Assembly: GCA_000830295.1 (NCBI GenBank)
Contig: CP010425.1
Coordinates: forward strand, 352,001-416,000
Source: an archaeon GW2011_AR15
Lineage (GTDB): Archaea; Nanobdellota; Nanobdellia; Woesearchaeales; GW2011-AR15
Direction: 5' to 3'
DNA length: 64,000 nt
Both the position numbers and the translations under genes were made by a program. The notes beneath the pieces are model-generated. The model worked only from the letters and a program-made list of their open reading frames with translations. It was not told where the DNA came from and searched no databases. Within the stretch, counting starts at the first letter, position 1. Every line of letters starts with the position of its first letter. Below, piece after piece: positions 46,581 to 55,292 of the stretch.

Positions 46581-47759
46581 ATGCAGGCAGTTATACTGGC
46601 AGCAGGAAAGGGAACAAGGACATATCCGCTTACTCTGGAAAAGCCAAAGCATCTGCTTAAAGTTGCGAACAGGACAATAATAGAGCATAATCTTGAGCAG
46701 CTGAAGGGCCTGGCTGATGAAATCCTGATTGTTGTGGGAAAAGAGAAATTCACAGAAAAACTTCTGGGAAATAATTACAAGGGTATCAGGATAAGGTATC
46801 TGATACAGGAAAAGCCTGAGGGAAACGGTCAGGCACTGATGATTGCCGAGAGATTCATCAAAGACAGGTTCATAGCAATGGTTGCTGATGACCTGTATTC
46901 AGGAAGCGACATAAAAAAATGCCTGAAGCACAGATACTGCGTCCTTGTAAAAGAAGTTGATGATCTTTCAAGGTTCGGCGAAGTAAGCCATAAAGGCAGC
47001 CTGGTTACAGGATTCATGGAAAAGCCAGGCAGGAAAAAAGGGCTTGCAAATACAGGGCTGCAGGTTTATGACAGGAAAATATTCTCCCACAGGCTGATGA
47101 AGTCAAAAAGGGGGGAATTTGAAATTGTGGATTACATAACATATCTTATTGAAAAAGGCGAAAAAGTGCATTATGAAAAAATAGCAGACTACTGGTTTCC
47201 CATAACTTATCCCTGGAGCCTGCTTGAAGCAAATGAGTTCCTTCTCTCAAAAATAAAGAAAGCAGTCGGCGGGGAGGTCGAGAAATATGCTGTGCTGAAA
47301 GGCCCTGTCGTTGTCGGAAAAGGCACGATAATAAAATCAGGCTCATACATTGAGGGCCCTGTCATCATAGGAGAAAACTGCAGCATCGGCCCGAACTGCT
47401 ACATAAGGGCGCACAGCTCAATAGGAAACAGCTGCAAAATAGGGAATGCTGTTGAAGTGAAAAATACAATTGTCGGAGACAGGACATCAATAGGCCACCT
47501 CAGCTATGCCGGCGATTCGGTAATAGGGGATGATGTCAATTTCGGCGCAGGAACAATCATTGCGAATTTAAGGCATGACGGAGAAAATATCTCCTCTCCT
47601 GTAAAAGGAGAGATGACTAATACAGGAAGAAAAAAATTCGGCGCGGTAATAGGGGATGGCGCAAAACTCGGGATAAAGACAATAATATATCCCGGGAGAA
47701 AAATCTGGCCGGAAAAGACAACACTGCCGGGAGAGATAGTAAAGAGGGATGTGCAGTGA
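46581..47759 (+). CDS. glmU: Bifunctional sugar-1-phosphate nucleotidylyltransferase/acetyltransferase (archaeal GlmU)
   Basis: AVILAAGKGTR.PLT..KPK, YPW.LL.AN, hexapeptide repeats, HLSY.GDS and NLRHD motifs. Confidence 0.92.
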   Translation: MQAVILAAGKGTRTYPLTLEKPKHLLKVANRTIIEHNLEQLKGLADEILIVVGKEKFTEKLLGNNYKGIRIRYLIQEKPEGNGQALMIAERFIKDRFIAMVADDLYSGSDIKKCLKHRYCVLVKEVDDLSRFGEVSHKGSLVTGFMEKPGRKKGLANTGLQVYDRKIFSHRLMKSKRGEFEIVDYITYLIEKGEKVHYEKIADYWFPITYPWSLLEANEFLLSKIKKAVGGEVEKYAVLKGPVVVGKGTIIKSGSYIEGPVIIGENCSIGPNCYIRAHSSIGNSCKIGNAVEVKNTIVGDRTSIGHLSYAGDSVIGDDVNFGAGTIIANLRHDGENISSPVKGEMTNTGRKKFGAVIGDGAKLGIKTIIYPGRKIWPEKTTLPGEIVKRDVQ

Positions 47760-48616
47760 AAAACAGGGGAGAGATCTATATCCTGCTTACTGCACTTATA
47801 ATCTCAACGTTCGGCATTTTCATAAGGGAGCTCGACAAGGAAGTTCCGCCTATAGCACAGGTCTCGCTTAGGTTCATGATAGCTGCTATAATTTATTTTG
47901 TACTGTTCGCAAAAGACAGGGCTTACCTGAAAATCACGAAGCCGCAGTTTTTCAAATTGCTGATTGCCGGGTTTCTCGCATACGGCGTGATGGTTGTGCT
48001 GTTTGTATTATCATATCTCAACACGAGCTATGCCAATGCGTCCGCATTCACGAGCATGACCCCGCTGTTTGCAGGGATATTCGGCTGGATGCTGCTAAGG
48101 GAAAAAATAACAAACAGCAAGATTATCGCATTGCTGCTTTCTGTCTCCGGAGTCATGATAATTTTCAGGCCTGATTTTTCTAATTTCGACATCGGCATTG
48201 CATATGGCATTGCCTGTGCCCTGCTCTACGGGCTTTATTTCACAATCATAAGAAGCTTTAAGAAAGATGACTGGAAAACATCAGCTTTCTATGTCCCCCT
48301 TTTTGCAGGATTTCTCCTTTTTCCTTTTGTGCTTATATTTGAAACAACAAGCTTCAGCTACAGCCTGACAACCTGGATTTACATAATAATAATGTCCCTG
48401 CTGAATGTTGCTGTGCTGTTTTTTCTTAACAGGGGGATGCAGACAGTTGAGGCCGGTGTCGGCGGGATACTCTCATCCTCAGTTATTGTATTCGGAAGCA
48501 TAATCAGTATATTGGTCTATCGCGAACTGCCTTCCCTGGCTGAATTGGCAGGGTATGCTTTCATACTGCTTGCAGTCGTAGCTGTGCATCTGAAATTCAA
48601 AAAAGGTGATCGATAA
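47756..48616 (+). CDS. EamA/DMT family transporter within the glm operon
   Basis: 10 TM; LRF, P.F..IFGW..LREK; GTGA overlap. Confidence 0.87.
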   Translation: MKNRGEIYILLTALIISTFGIFIRELDKEVPPIAQVSLRFMIAAIIYFVLFAKDRAYLKITKPQFFKLLIAGFLAYGVMVVLFVLSYLNTSYANASAFTSMTPLFAGIFGWMLLREKITNSKIIALLLSVSGVMIIFRPDFSNFDIGIAYGIACALLYGLYFTIIRSFKKDDWKTSAFYVPLFAGFLLFPFVLIFETTSFSYSLTTWIYIIIMSLLNVAVLFFLNRGMQTVEAGVGGILSSSVIVFGSIISILVYRELPSLAELAGYAFILLAVVAVHLKFKKGDR

Positions 48617-50325
48617 TGTGCGGAATTGTAGGAATGGTTTCTGCTGATGAGTTTTACGCAAGGGAAGCAGTGCAGAGGCTGAAAAGGCTGGAATACAGGG
48701 GATATGACTCATTCGGATATTATTATGACGGAAAGCTGTTCAAGAAAACAGGCCACATAATTGTCCCGGAGACAAAAGACAGGACCAAAATGATAATAAC
48801 GCACACAAGGTGGGCGACTCACGGCGGTGTAACTGATGCCAATGCCCATCCCCACAGGGCAGGAAAGGTTACAATAGTGCACAACGGCATAATTGAAAAT
48901 TATGAAGAGCTGAGGGAAGGGCTGAAAGAAAAGGGGCGTGTGTTCAGCAGCGAGACAGATTCAGAGGTCGCTGCGCATTATTTCGATGAGAAGCTGAAGA
49001 CAAAACCAATGAAAGAGGCGTGCGTTGACTTCATTAAGGATATTAAAGGCGAATTTGCAATACTTGTTATGATAGACAGGGAGGATACTCTGTATGCGCT
49101 GAGAAGGGATTCCCCGATGGTATTGGGAGTCGGGGAAAACATAAACATACTTGCATCTGATATCTATGCTTTCTCTGATGTCACAAGCAAGGCCATATTT
49201 TTTGAGAATGATGAGTTCGCTGCTGTGAAAAGCGGCTCTTACACTTTCTATGATAGGCACGGAAAAGAAATAAAAAAGAAAATCCAGCAGTTCAAGTGGG
49301 AGCAGGAGGAGTCAACCCGTGAAGAGTATGAGCATTTCATGCTGAAAGAGATAATGGAAGAGCCGAAAGCTGTCAGGAGGCTGATACTGAGCCTGGAGAC
49401 GGAGCAGAAGGAAAATTTCGGCAAATTCGTAAAGCTCATGAAAGAATCAAGGAAAGTCACTTTTGTCGCCTCAGGAACGAGCTATCACGCTTCCCTTCTC
49501 GGCGTGTATTACCTGCACAAGTGCGGTGTCGAGGCCCAGACAATAATTGCCTCAGAGTTTGAGCATTTTGTGGGCGTTGACAGGAACACCCTGGTTGTGG
49601 CAATATCGCAGTCAGGAGAGACAATGGATGTTATTGAAGCGCTGAAATATGCAAAAAAGAACAGGGCAAAAATCGCCTCTATTGTTAATGTGCCGTATTC
49701 AACTGTGCAGAGGATGTCAGAAATCTCCCTGAATATTGTGGCCGGCCAGGAAATATGCGTTGCTGCGACAAAATCTTTTGTCAATCAGGTAACCCTTATG
49801 CTGAGCATTGCCAGGGAATTCGGGTTCAGGATAAATACAAGCAACATTCCGGGCAAGATAGAGAAGATATTCAGGCAGAAAGACAAGATAGAGAAAATGG
49901 CGAAGGAACTCAACAGGCACAATGATATCTATGTCCTGGGCCGGGGCCTGAGCTATCCTGTTGCAAGGGAGATTGCCCTGAAAATAAAAGAGATATCATA
50001 CATGCACGCAGAAGGAATGATGGGCGGAGAGCTGAAACATGGAACAATAGCCTTGATTGAAAAAGGCACACCAGTTATTGGACTGATAAGCAACAAAGAT
50101 TATGACATGCTCTCAAACATAAAAGAGGTTGAGGCAAGGGGGGCCCATGTAATAAAAATCACAAATGAGATGAAAGGAGATTTCATGGTCGATACTTCAA
50201 ACGACGGAAAATTCGGGATACTTGCGACCATAGTGGGCCAGCTTCTTACATATTATGTTGCGAAAGAAAGGGGGCTGCCTATTGACAAGCCGAGAAACCT
50301 CGCGAAAAGCGTGACAGTCAAATGA
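48616..50325 (+). CDS. glmS: Glutamine-fructose-6-phosphate aminotransferase
   Basis: MCGIVG, LEYRGYDS, HTRWATHG, SQSGET, ELKHG and PRNLAKSVT motifs. Confidence 0.97.
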   Translation: MCGIVGMVSADEFYAREAVQRLKRLEYRGYDSFGYYYDGKLFKKTGHIIVPETKDRTKMIITHTRWATHGGVTDANAHPHRAGKVTIVHNGIIENYEELREGLKEKGRVFSSETDSEVAAHYFDEKLKTKPMKEACVDFIKDIKGEFAILVMIDREDTLYALRRDSPMVLGVGENINILASDIYAFSDVTSKAIFFENDEFAAVKSGSYTFYDRHGKEIKKKIQQFKWEQEESTREEYEHFMLKEIMEEPKAVRRLILSLETEQKENFGKFVKLMKESRKVTFVASGTSYHASLLGVYYLHKCGVEAQTIIASEFEHFVGVDRNTLVVAISQSGETMDVIEALKYAKKNRAKIASIVNVPYSTVQRMSEISLNIVAGQEICVAATKSFVNQVTLMLSIAREFGFRINTSNIPGKIEKIFRQKDKIEKMAKELNRHNDIYVLGRGLSYPVAREIALKIKEISYMHAEGMMGGELKHGTIALIEKGTPVIGLISNKDYDMLSNIKEVEARGAHVIKITNEMKGDFMVDTSNDGKFGILATIVGQLLTYYVAKERGLPIDKPRNLAKSVTVK

Positions 50326-51092
50326 GCTTTGGAAACTGGAATCCGAGAAGGTATCTTGAGATATATTTTCCAAAAGATATAGGCTATGAGCCTGCTATTG
50401 AATTCATAGTCCAGCAGAGAAAAAATTTCCAGGGCAAGATTGGGGTAGAGATAGGGAGCGGTCCGACTGTCTGTTATTTTTCTGCTGCTGCAGACTCTCT
50501 CAAAGGGATATATGTCTCTGATTTTCTTGAAGCTAATCTTGAGGAGATAAAGAAGTGGGCTGATGGAAGCGGATATGACTGGGGTAATTTCTCAAGGATG
50601 ATTCTGGAATATGACGGGTCCAATCAGAGCATATCTGAATATGAAAGGGAAGTGAAAGGCAAACTTTCGGGATTTCTCCACTGTGATATCAGGGAAAAGG
50701 ATATTTTCGGAAACAAGTTTGATTTTGTCATGTCGTTCTATTGCGCAGACAGCATGACTGATGACAAGGAAAAATGGAAAGAGTATTTTACGAACATTCT
50801 GAATGTTGTCAGGCCCGGAGGCTTTTTCATAGGCGGGGCGCTGTACAGATGCAGGAAATACATGATTGATGGTGCTGAATTCCCTTCTGCCAACCTTGAT
50901 GAAAATGATGTCAGGGATGCCATGATTGATGCGGGGATGTATGATATAACCGTCAAAGTGGCAGATGACAGCATGCCCAAAGATAAGGAAAAGAGGGAGC
51001 AGCTTAATTATACTAAAATCATACTCATGTCGGGCTTCAGGCAGGGCCGGCCATCATTAGAGGATATTACCGGGTCCCATGCGCTTGGGTAA
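50322..51092 (+). CDS. NNMT/PNMT/TEMT-family small-molecule N/S-methyltransferase
   Basis: W.PRRYL..Y, EIGSGPT, SDF...N..E..KW, YDW, CDI and PGG motifs; ATGA overlap with glmS. Confidence 0.8.
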   Translation: MSFGNWNPRRYLEIYFPKDIGYEPAIEFIVQQRKNFQGKIGVEIGSGPTVCYFSAAADSLKGIYVSDFLEANLEEIKKWADGSGYDWGNFSRMILEYDGSNQSISEYEREVKGKLSGFLHCDIREKDIFGNKFDFVMSFYCADSMTDDKEKWKEYFTNILNVVRPGGFFIGGALYRCRKYMIDGAEFPSANLDENDVRDAMIDAGMYDITVKVADDSMPKDKEKREQLNYTKIILMSGFRQGRPSLEDITGSHALG

Positions 51093-51135
51093 TTTACCAA
51101 AACAATATTAATAGGCAGATAAATTCTATGGCCAT

Positions 51136-51849
51136 ATGATTAAAGATATTTCAGTTATTGTCCCTGCCTATAATGAAGAAAGAAGAATAGGTAAAACCCT
51201 TAGGAAGATAACAGCATATCTTGGAAAAAGGAAAATCAATTATGAGATTATTGTTGTGGATGACGGCTCTTCTGACAGGACCTCTGCGGTTGCCGGGTCT
51301 TTTAGCAATCCAAGGATAAAAATACTCAGCAGTGAAAAGAACAGGGGGAAAGGGTACTCTGTGAAAAAAGGCCTGCTGTCTGCAAAATACGGCATTGCTC
51401 TTTTTTCTGATGCTGATCTCAGCACACCGATTGAAGATATTGGGAAGCTTGAGAGATATATTGATGATTATGGCATTGTCATAGGCTCGCGAAAAGAAAA
51501 AGGGGCAAATGTAGTCGAGAAGCAGCCGCCGTGGAGAGTGATGGCGGGCAACATATTTCCTCTTTTTGTGAATATCATGACCGGGCTTGGAATCAAAGAC
51601 ACGCAGTGCGGGTTCAAGCTCTTCAGGGTGAAAAAATGCAGGCAGGTTTTCAAAAAAATGACAATTGACGGTTTCAGCTTCGATGTTGAGATGCTGTACA
51701 TTGCAAAGAAAAAAGGGCTTAAAATAAAGGAAGTTGGTGTGGACTGGAATAATGACAGGGCAACTAAAGTAAGGTTTGTACGGGATTCTTTTTCTATGCT
51801 CATGGATTTGATTGGAATATGGGTAAAAAGCATTGCAGGCAGATACTAA
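51136..51849 (+). CDS. Dolichyl-phosphate glycosyltransferase (GT2, ALG5/AglJ-like)
   Basis: VPAYNEE.RI, VDDGSSD, NRGKG, DADLSTP, DTQCGFK and FDVE motifs. Confidence 0.92.
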   Translation: MIKDISVIVPAYNEERRIGKTLRKITAYLGKRKINYEIIVVDDGSSDRTSAVAGSFSNPRIKILSSEKNRGKGYSVKKGLLSAKYGIALFSDADLSTPIEDIGKLERYIDDYGIVIGSRKEKGANVVEKQPPWRVMAGNIFPLFVNIMTGLGIKDTQCGFKLFRVKKCRQVFKKMTIDGFSFDVEMLYIAKKKGLKIKEVGVDWNNDRATKVRFVRDSFSMLMDLIGIWVKSIAGRY

Positions 51850-52475
51850 TTTTTTCTGAATTCCATTACTGAACCGAGTGAAATAAAAAAAGGGAGATTA
51901 AATGGAATATTGTACTGTGATGCTGTTTTAAGGCCTATTGATTTTCTGATTTTTTTAGGACTGAATGAGTTCACGTGGTCCGGGACTTTTATCGGCCGCC
52001 TCATGAGAAGGGCTCTGCTGAGCGTCCACATATTTTCATTGGGAAAAGTCAGTATAAGCCTGCCGTTATCTTTAAGCACTCTCCTGAACTCTTTAAAGAC
52101 TTCAGTATATTCATAGATATGCTCAATAACTTCTGTACATGTTATTATATCAAAAGAATCATTTTTGAATCCGAGTTCTGACAGGTCCATTTTTCTTATA
52201 GTGGCATAGGAGCATCTCTGTCTGGCTTTTTTGAGGGCTATTTCTGTTATGTCAATCCCGTAGTACTCATTACTCTGGTTTCTACTATGCATCCTGGCTA
52301 TGAGATGACCTTCCCCGCACCCAGCATCAAGAATTTTTTGATGTCCGTTTCTATTTATTTTATTCGTGATAATCTCCAACCTTTTTCTATGTATATAACT
52401 TACAAGGGGATTTCCTGAATTGTACAATTTATCCATATGGTCATCCGGCATATAGATATGGTCAGTTTTTGCCAT
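51846..52475 (-). CDS. Class I SAM-dependent methyltransferase
   Basis: ILDAGCGEG, GIDI, FD...CTEVIEH and RVLK..G motifs. Confidence 0.88.
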   Translation of the reverse strand: MAKTDHIYMPDDHMDKLYNSGNPLVSYIHRKRLEIITNKINRNGHQKILDAGCGEGHLIARMHSRNQSNEYYGIDITEIALKKARQRCSYATIRKMDLSELGFKNDSFDIITCTEVIEHIYEYTEVFKEFRRVLKDNGRLILTFPNENMWTLSRALLMRRPIKVPDHVNSFSPKKIRKSIGLKTASQYNIPFNLPFFISLGSVMEFRKN

Positions 52476-52560
52476 GAAAATTATAGTTTGAGTAGTTTAT
52501 TTAAGCCTTGCCTTTATATTATAAAAAAATTAATAAGCTGAACAGGAATTACAGTAACAG

Positions 52561-54219
52561 ATGGGGGGATTTTTTAAGATAAACGAGAAGCATGCACCTT
52601 ATATACTGTTTGCTATTTTTATGCTGGGATTATTACTTTATCTGAATCTTGACGACGTGCCTCTGACACACCCCGGCAATATTAAAGCGGCAGACCCTTT
52701 CTATCATGTGTTGGCCGCAGAAAGCATAATAGATACCCAGCAGTGGGAGTACTACGACCTCTATATTTCCCTCGGAACTGAAAGAGCTTCAAGTGTCCAG
52801 CCTCCTCTCAATTATCTGAATTCAGCGATCCTTACACTATTTTCTGGCGTGCCCGCTTGGGTGACTCTGTATTTTATTATTTGTCTGTTTTTTGCATTTT
52901 TCATATTACTTGTATATCTTATAGTCATCGAGATTTTTGGTGACTGGAAAATTGCCCTTTTAGCTTCTGCTGCATCAATACTTCCCATTCCTGTTCATGT
53001 CTGGCTCTACAGTCTTTATATCGGACTGTGGCTACAGGTTTTTTCAAATGTTTTCATGCTGGCTTTCCTCTGGATGTTTATAAGATACCTAAAAAAAGAC
53101 GGACATCCGGAGCTGTTTTTTATGGGGCTCTGTTTGACAGGCATTATGCTTGTTCATCCGCAGGATCTCAGCATCATGCTGCTACCTTCGCTGATTGTCG
53201 GCTGGAAAATACTGCAAAAGCATCTTGTGAAAAAAGAGTTTGCAAAGCTTGTGAAAGAAGCCGTGCTGTTTGGTGCATTGCCGGTTATTGTGCTGCTGGT
53301 CCTTCTTCCAACCTTCCTGTTTGTATGGAAAGCACACGGAGCACAACAATTCAATATCGGATTTTATGGCGTAAGAGAAAATTTCTTTTCAAGAAATTAC
53401 ACCGGCGGCCTGGTGTATCCTGATATCTTTTTTATGCCATGGATAGTTCTGGTGATACTGGGAGTCGGAATATTGCAGATGATCGCTAATGCAAAAAAAT
53501 ACAAGATTTTCCTATATACGCTTCTCTATTTTTTCATTGTAGCCTATATTTCCGCGCTTATATTCAGCGACCCTTATTATTTTGTAAGAATGAGGACCAT
53601 GACTCCTTTTCTGGTAATCCCTGTTGTTGCATACACCATGGTATATTTTATTGAAAAATACATGAAGGACAAATCCTGGCACATGCCTGCAATAGCCCTG
53701 GTAGCTGTCTTGTTTATTATTTCCGGATTTGTACAATACAATAAACTTGTTCCGCAACTTAGTGGGGAACATATAAGCATGGATGAATGGGAAGCCTACC
53801 GATGGATTCATGAAAACACAGAAAAAACTGACAGAATACTGTTTTTTGGATCTGTATTCCAGCAGGAGTTTCTCTACACGAAAAGAATGGTCGCTGCTAT
53901 TGACATGAATGAATACCAAAGATTGTTGACAGAATATCTTGCAACCAACAGGACAAGCCTGTTCTTTACAGGAATGTATGGAGGAGACACTTTAAGGTCT
54001 GTGCATAAAGTTAAGAATTCATATTTCTCATACGGAACCTATTCCGAACCGAATTCAACATTATACCTCCTGGATTTTGATTATGTTTTCTTCCAGGACA
54101 TATCACAGCAGGTTGCTCAGGCAAATTATTTGTTTGGAAATGAGTTCATAAATAATTACGGATTTAGCCTCGTGTACAATAAAAACGGGTATATTATAAT
54201 AAAAAATGGCCAAAAATAA
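52561..54219 (+). CDS. GT-C-like polytopic membrane protein
   Basis: ADPFYH in the first loop, ~12 TM, and an EAYRWIHENT extracellular domain. Confidence 0.65.
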   Translation: MGGFFKINEKHAPYILFAIFMLGLLLYLNLDDVPLTHPGNIKAADPFYHVLAAESIIDTQQWEYYDLYISLGTERASSVQPPLNYLNSAILTLFSGVPAWVTLYFIICLFFAFFILLVYLIVIEIFGDWKIALLASAASILPIPVHVWLYSLYIGLWLQVFSNVFMLAFLWMFIRYLKKDGHPELFFMGLCLTGIMLVHPQDLSIMLLPSLIVGWKILQKHLVKKEFAKLVKEAVLFGALPVIVLLVLLPTFLFVWKAHGAQQFNIGFYGVRENFFSRNYTGGLVYPDIFFMPWIVLVILGVGILQMIANAKKYKIFLYTLLYFFIVAYISALIFSDPYYFVRMRTMTPFLVIPVVAYTMVYFIEKYMKDKSWHMPAIALVAVLFIISGFVQYNKLVPQLSGEHISMDEWEAYRWIHENTEKTDRILFFGSVFQQEFLYTKRMVAAIDMNEYQRLLTEYLATNRTSLFFTGMYGGDTLRSVHKVKNSYFSYGTYSEPNSTLYLLDFDYVFFQDISQQVAQANYLFGNEFINNYGFSLVYNKNGYIIIKNGQK

Positions 54220-54550
54220 GCATATATCTGAATTGAAGGAGCTTGTCTTAGCCGGGGCTGTCGTATTTTTCATAGTGTCGTTAGTGCTCATGGACCTCTG
54301 GGCATCCCTAAGGCTTTTTATGGCATACATGCTTTTCATCTATCTCCCTTTTGTCCTGCCTGTCGCCACGCTGAAGCTGCCGCTTGTTGAAAGCTTCCTG
54401 CTGGTAAACCTGGCAGGGTTGAGCTATGCTGCAATATATGTGATATTCGACCTTGTGCTCAATATCCCGCTTACAAAACCTGTATTTGCTGTCACGACCT
54501 TGCTGGCCTATGCTCTTGGATACTTCTATTACCGCAAAACTTCCGAATGA
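54206..54550 (+). CDS. Small 4-TM membrane protein
   Basis: Hydrophobic ORF overlapping the upstream gene end. Confidence 0.65.
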   Translation: MAKNKHISELKELVLAGAVVFFIVSLVLMDLWASLRLFMAYMLFIYLPFVLPVATLKLPLVESFLLVNLAGLSYAAIYVIFDLVLNIPLTKPVFAVTTLLAYALGYFYYRKTSE

Positions 54551-54592
54551 ATATTGATTAGATTTTAATTGTATCTTCTGTATTACCTGTCC

Positions 54593-55243
54593 ATGAAAAT
54601 AAAAGACATCCCACTGCAGAACCAGCCGCGCTACAGGCTGATGAATTTCGGGGCTGAGTCGCTGAGCGATGCAGAGCTGCTTGCCATAATACTGCAGAAA
54701 GGGACAAGAGAGGAGAATGTCGTGGATATGTGCAACAGGCTTCTCAGGCATGATATTGGCTCCCTTTCTCTGGCTGAGCTGCAAAAAATAAAGGGCATGG
54801 GGCCGGCCAAGGCAATGCAGGTGATTGCTTTATTTGAGCTCTCCAGAAGGCAAAAGCCTAAAAAAAGCAATGTCCAGGTAACAAAATCAAAAGATGTCTA
54901 TGAGCTAATGTCTTTCCTGAAAAACAGAAAAAAGGAGTTTTTCTACTGCATTTCCCTTGATGTCAAGAATCGGGTTATTGACAAGGCAGACCTGGTTTCT
55001 GTGGGCATCCTGGATGCCTCTATTATCCATCCCAGGGAGATATTCTCAAATGCTATAAGAAAATCGGCCAAATCTGTCATTCTTGTCCATAACCATCCCT
55101 CCGGGGATGCGAGCCCGAGCAAGGAGGATGCCGAGATTACTGAGCAGCTGAAAAAAGCCGGGGAGCTGCTGGATATTGTGCTGCTTGACCACGTGATAAT
55201 AGGCAATAAGTGGTATAGCTTCAGGGATGAAAACAGGATTTAA
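54593..55243 (+). CDS. radC: RadC-family JAB/MPN protein
   Basis: PR.RL..FGAESLSDAELLAI, HhH, HPREIF, HNHPSGD..PS.ED and LLDHVIIG motifs. Confidence 0.95.
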   Translation: MKIKDIPLQNQPRYRLMNFGAESLSDAELLAIILQKGTREENVVDMCNRLLRHDIGSLSLAELQKIKGMGPAKAMQVIALFELSRRQKPKKSNVQVTKSKDVYELMSFLKNRKKEFFYCISLDVKNRVIDKADLVSVGILDASIIHPREIFSNAIRKSAKSVILVHNHPSGDASPSKEDAEITEQLKKAGELLDIVLLDHVIIGNKWYSFRDENRI

Positions 55244-55292
55244 TAAGATTTATAAGCAACCTCCAAAATACCTCTTTATTCTAGGCGATTTG

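Noticed and set aside
54593-55243. radC as a marker of a mobile element
   Set aside because: Full-length chromosomal-type RadC; no integrase, transposase or att repeats nearby.
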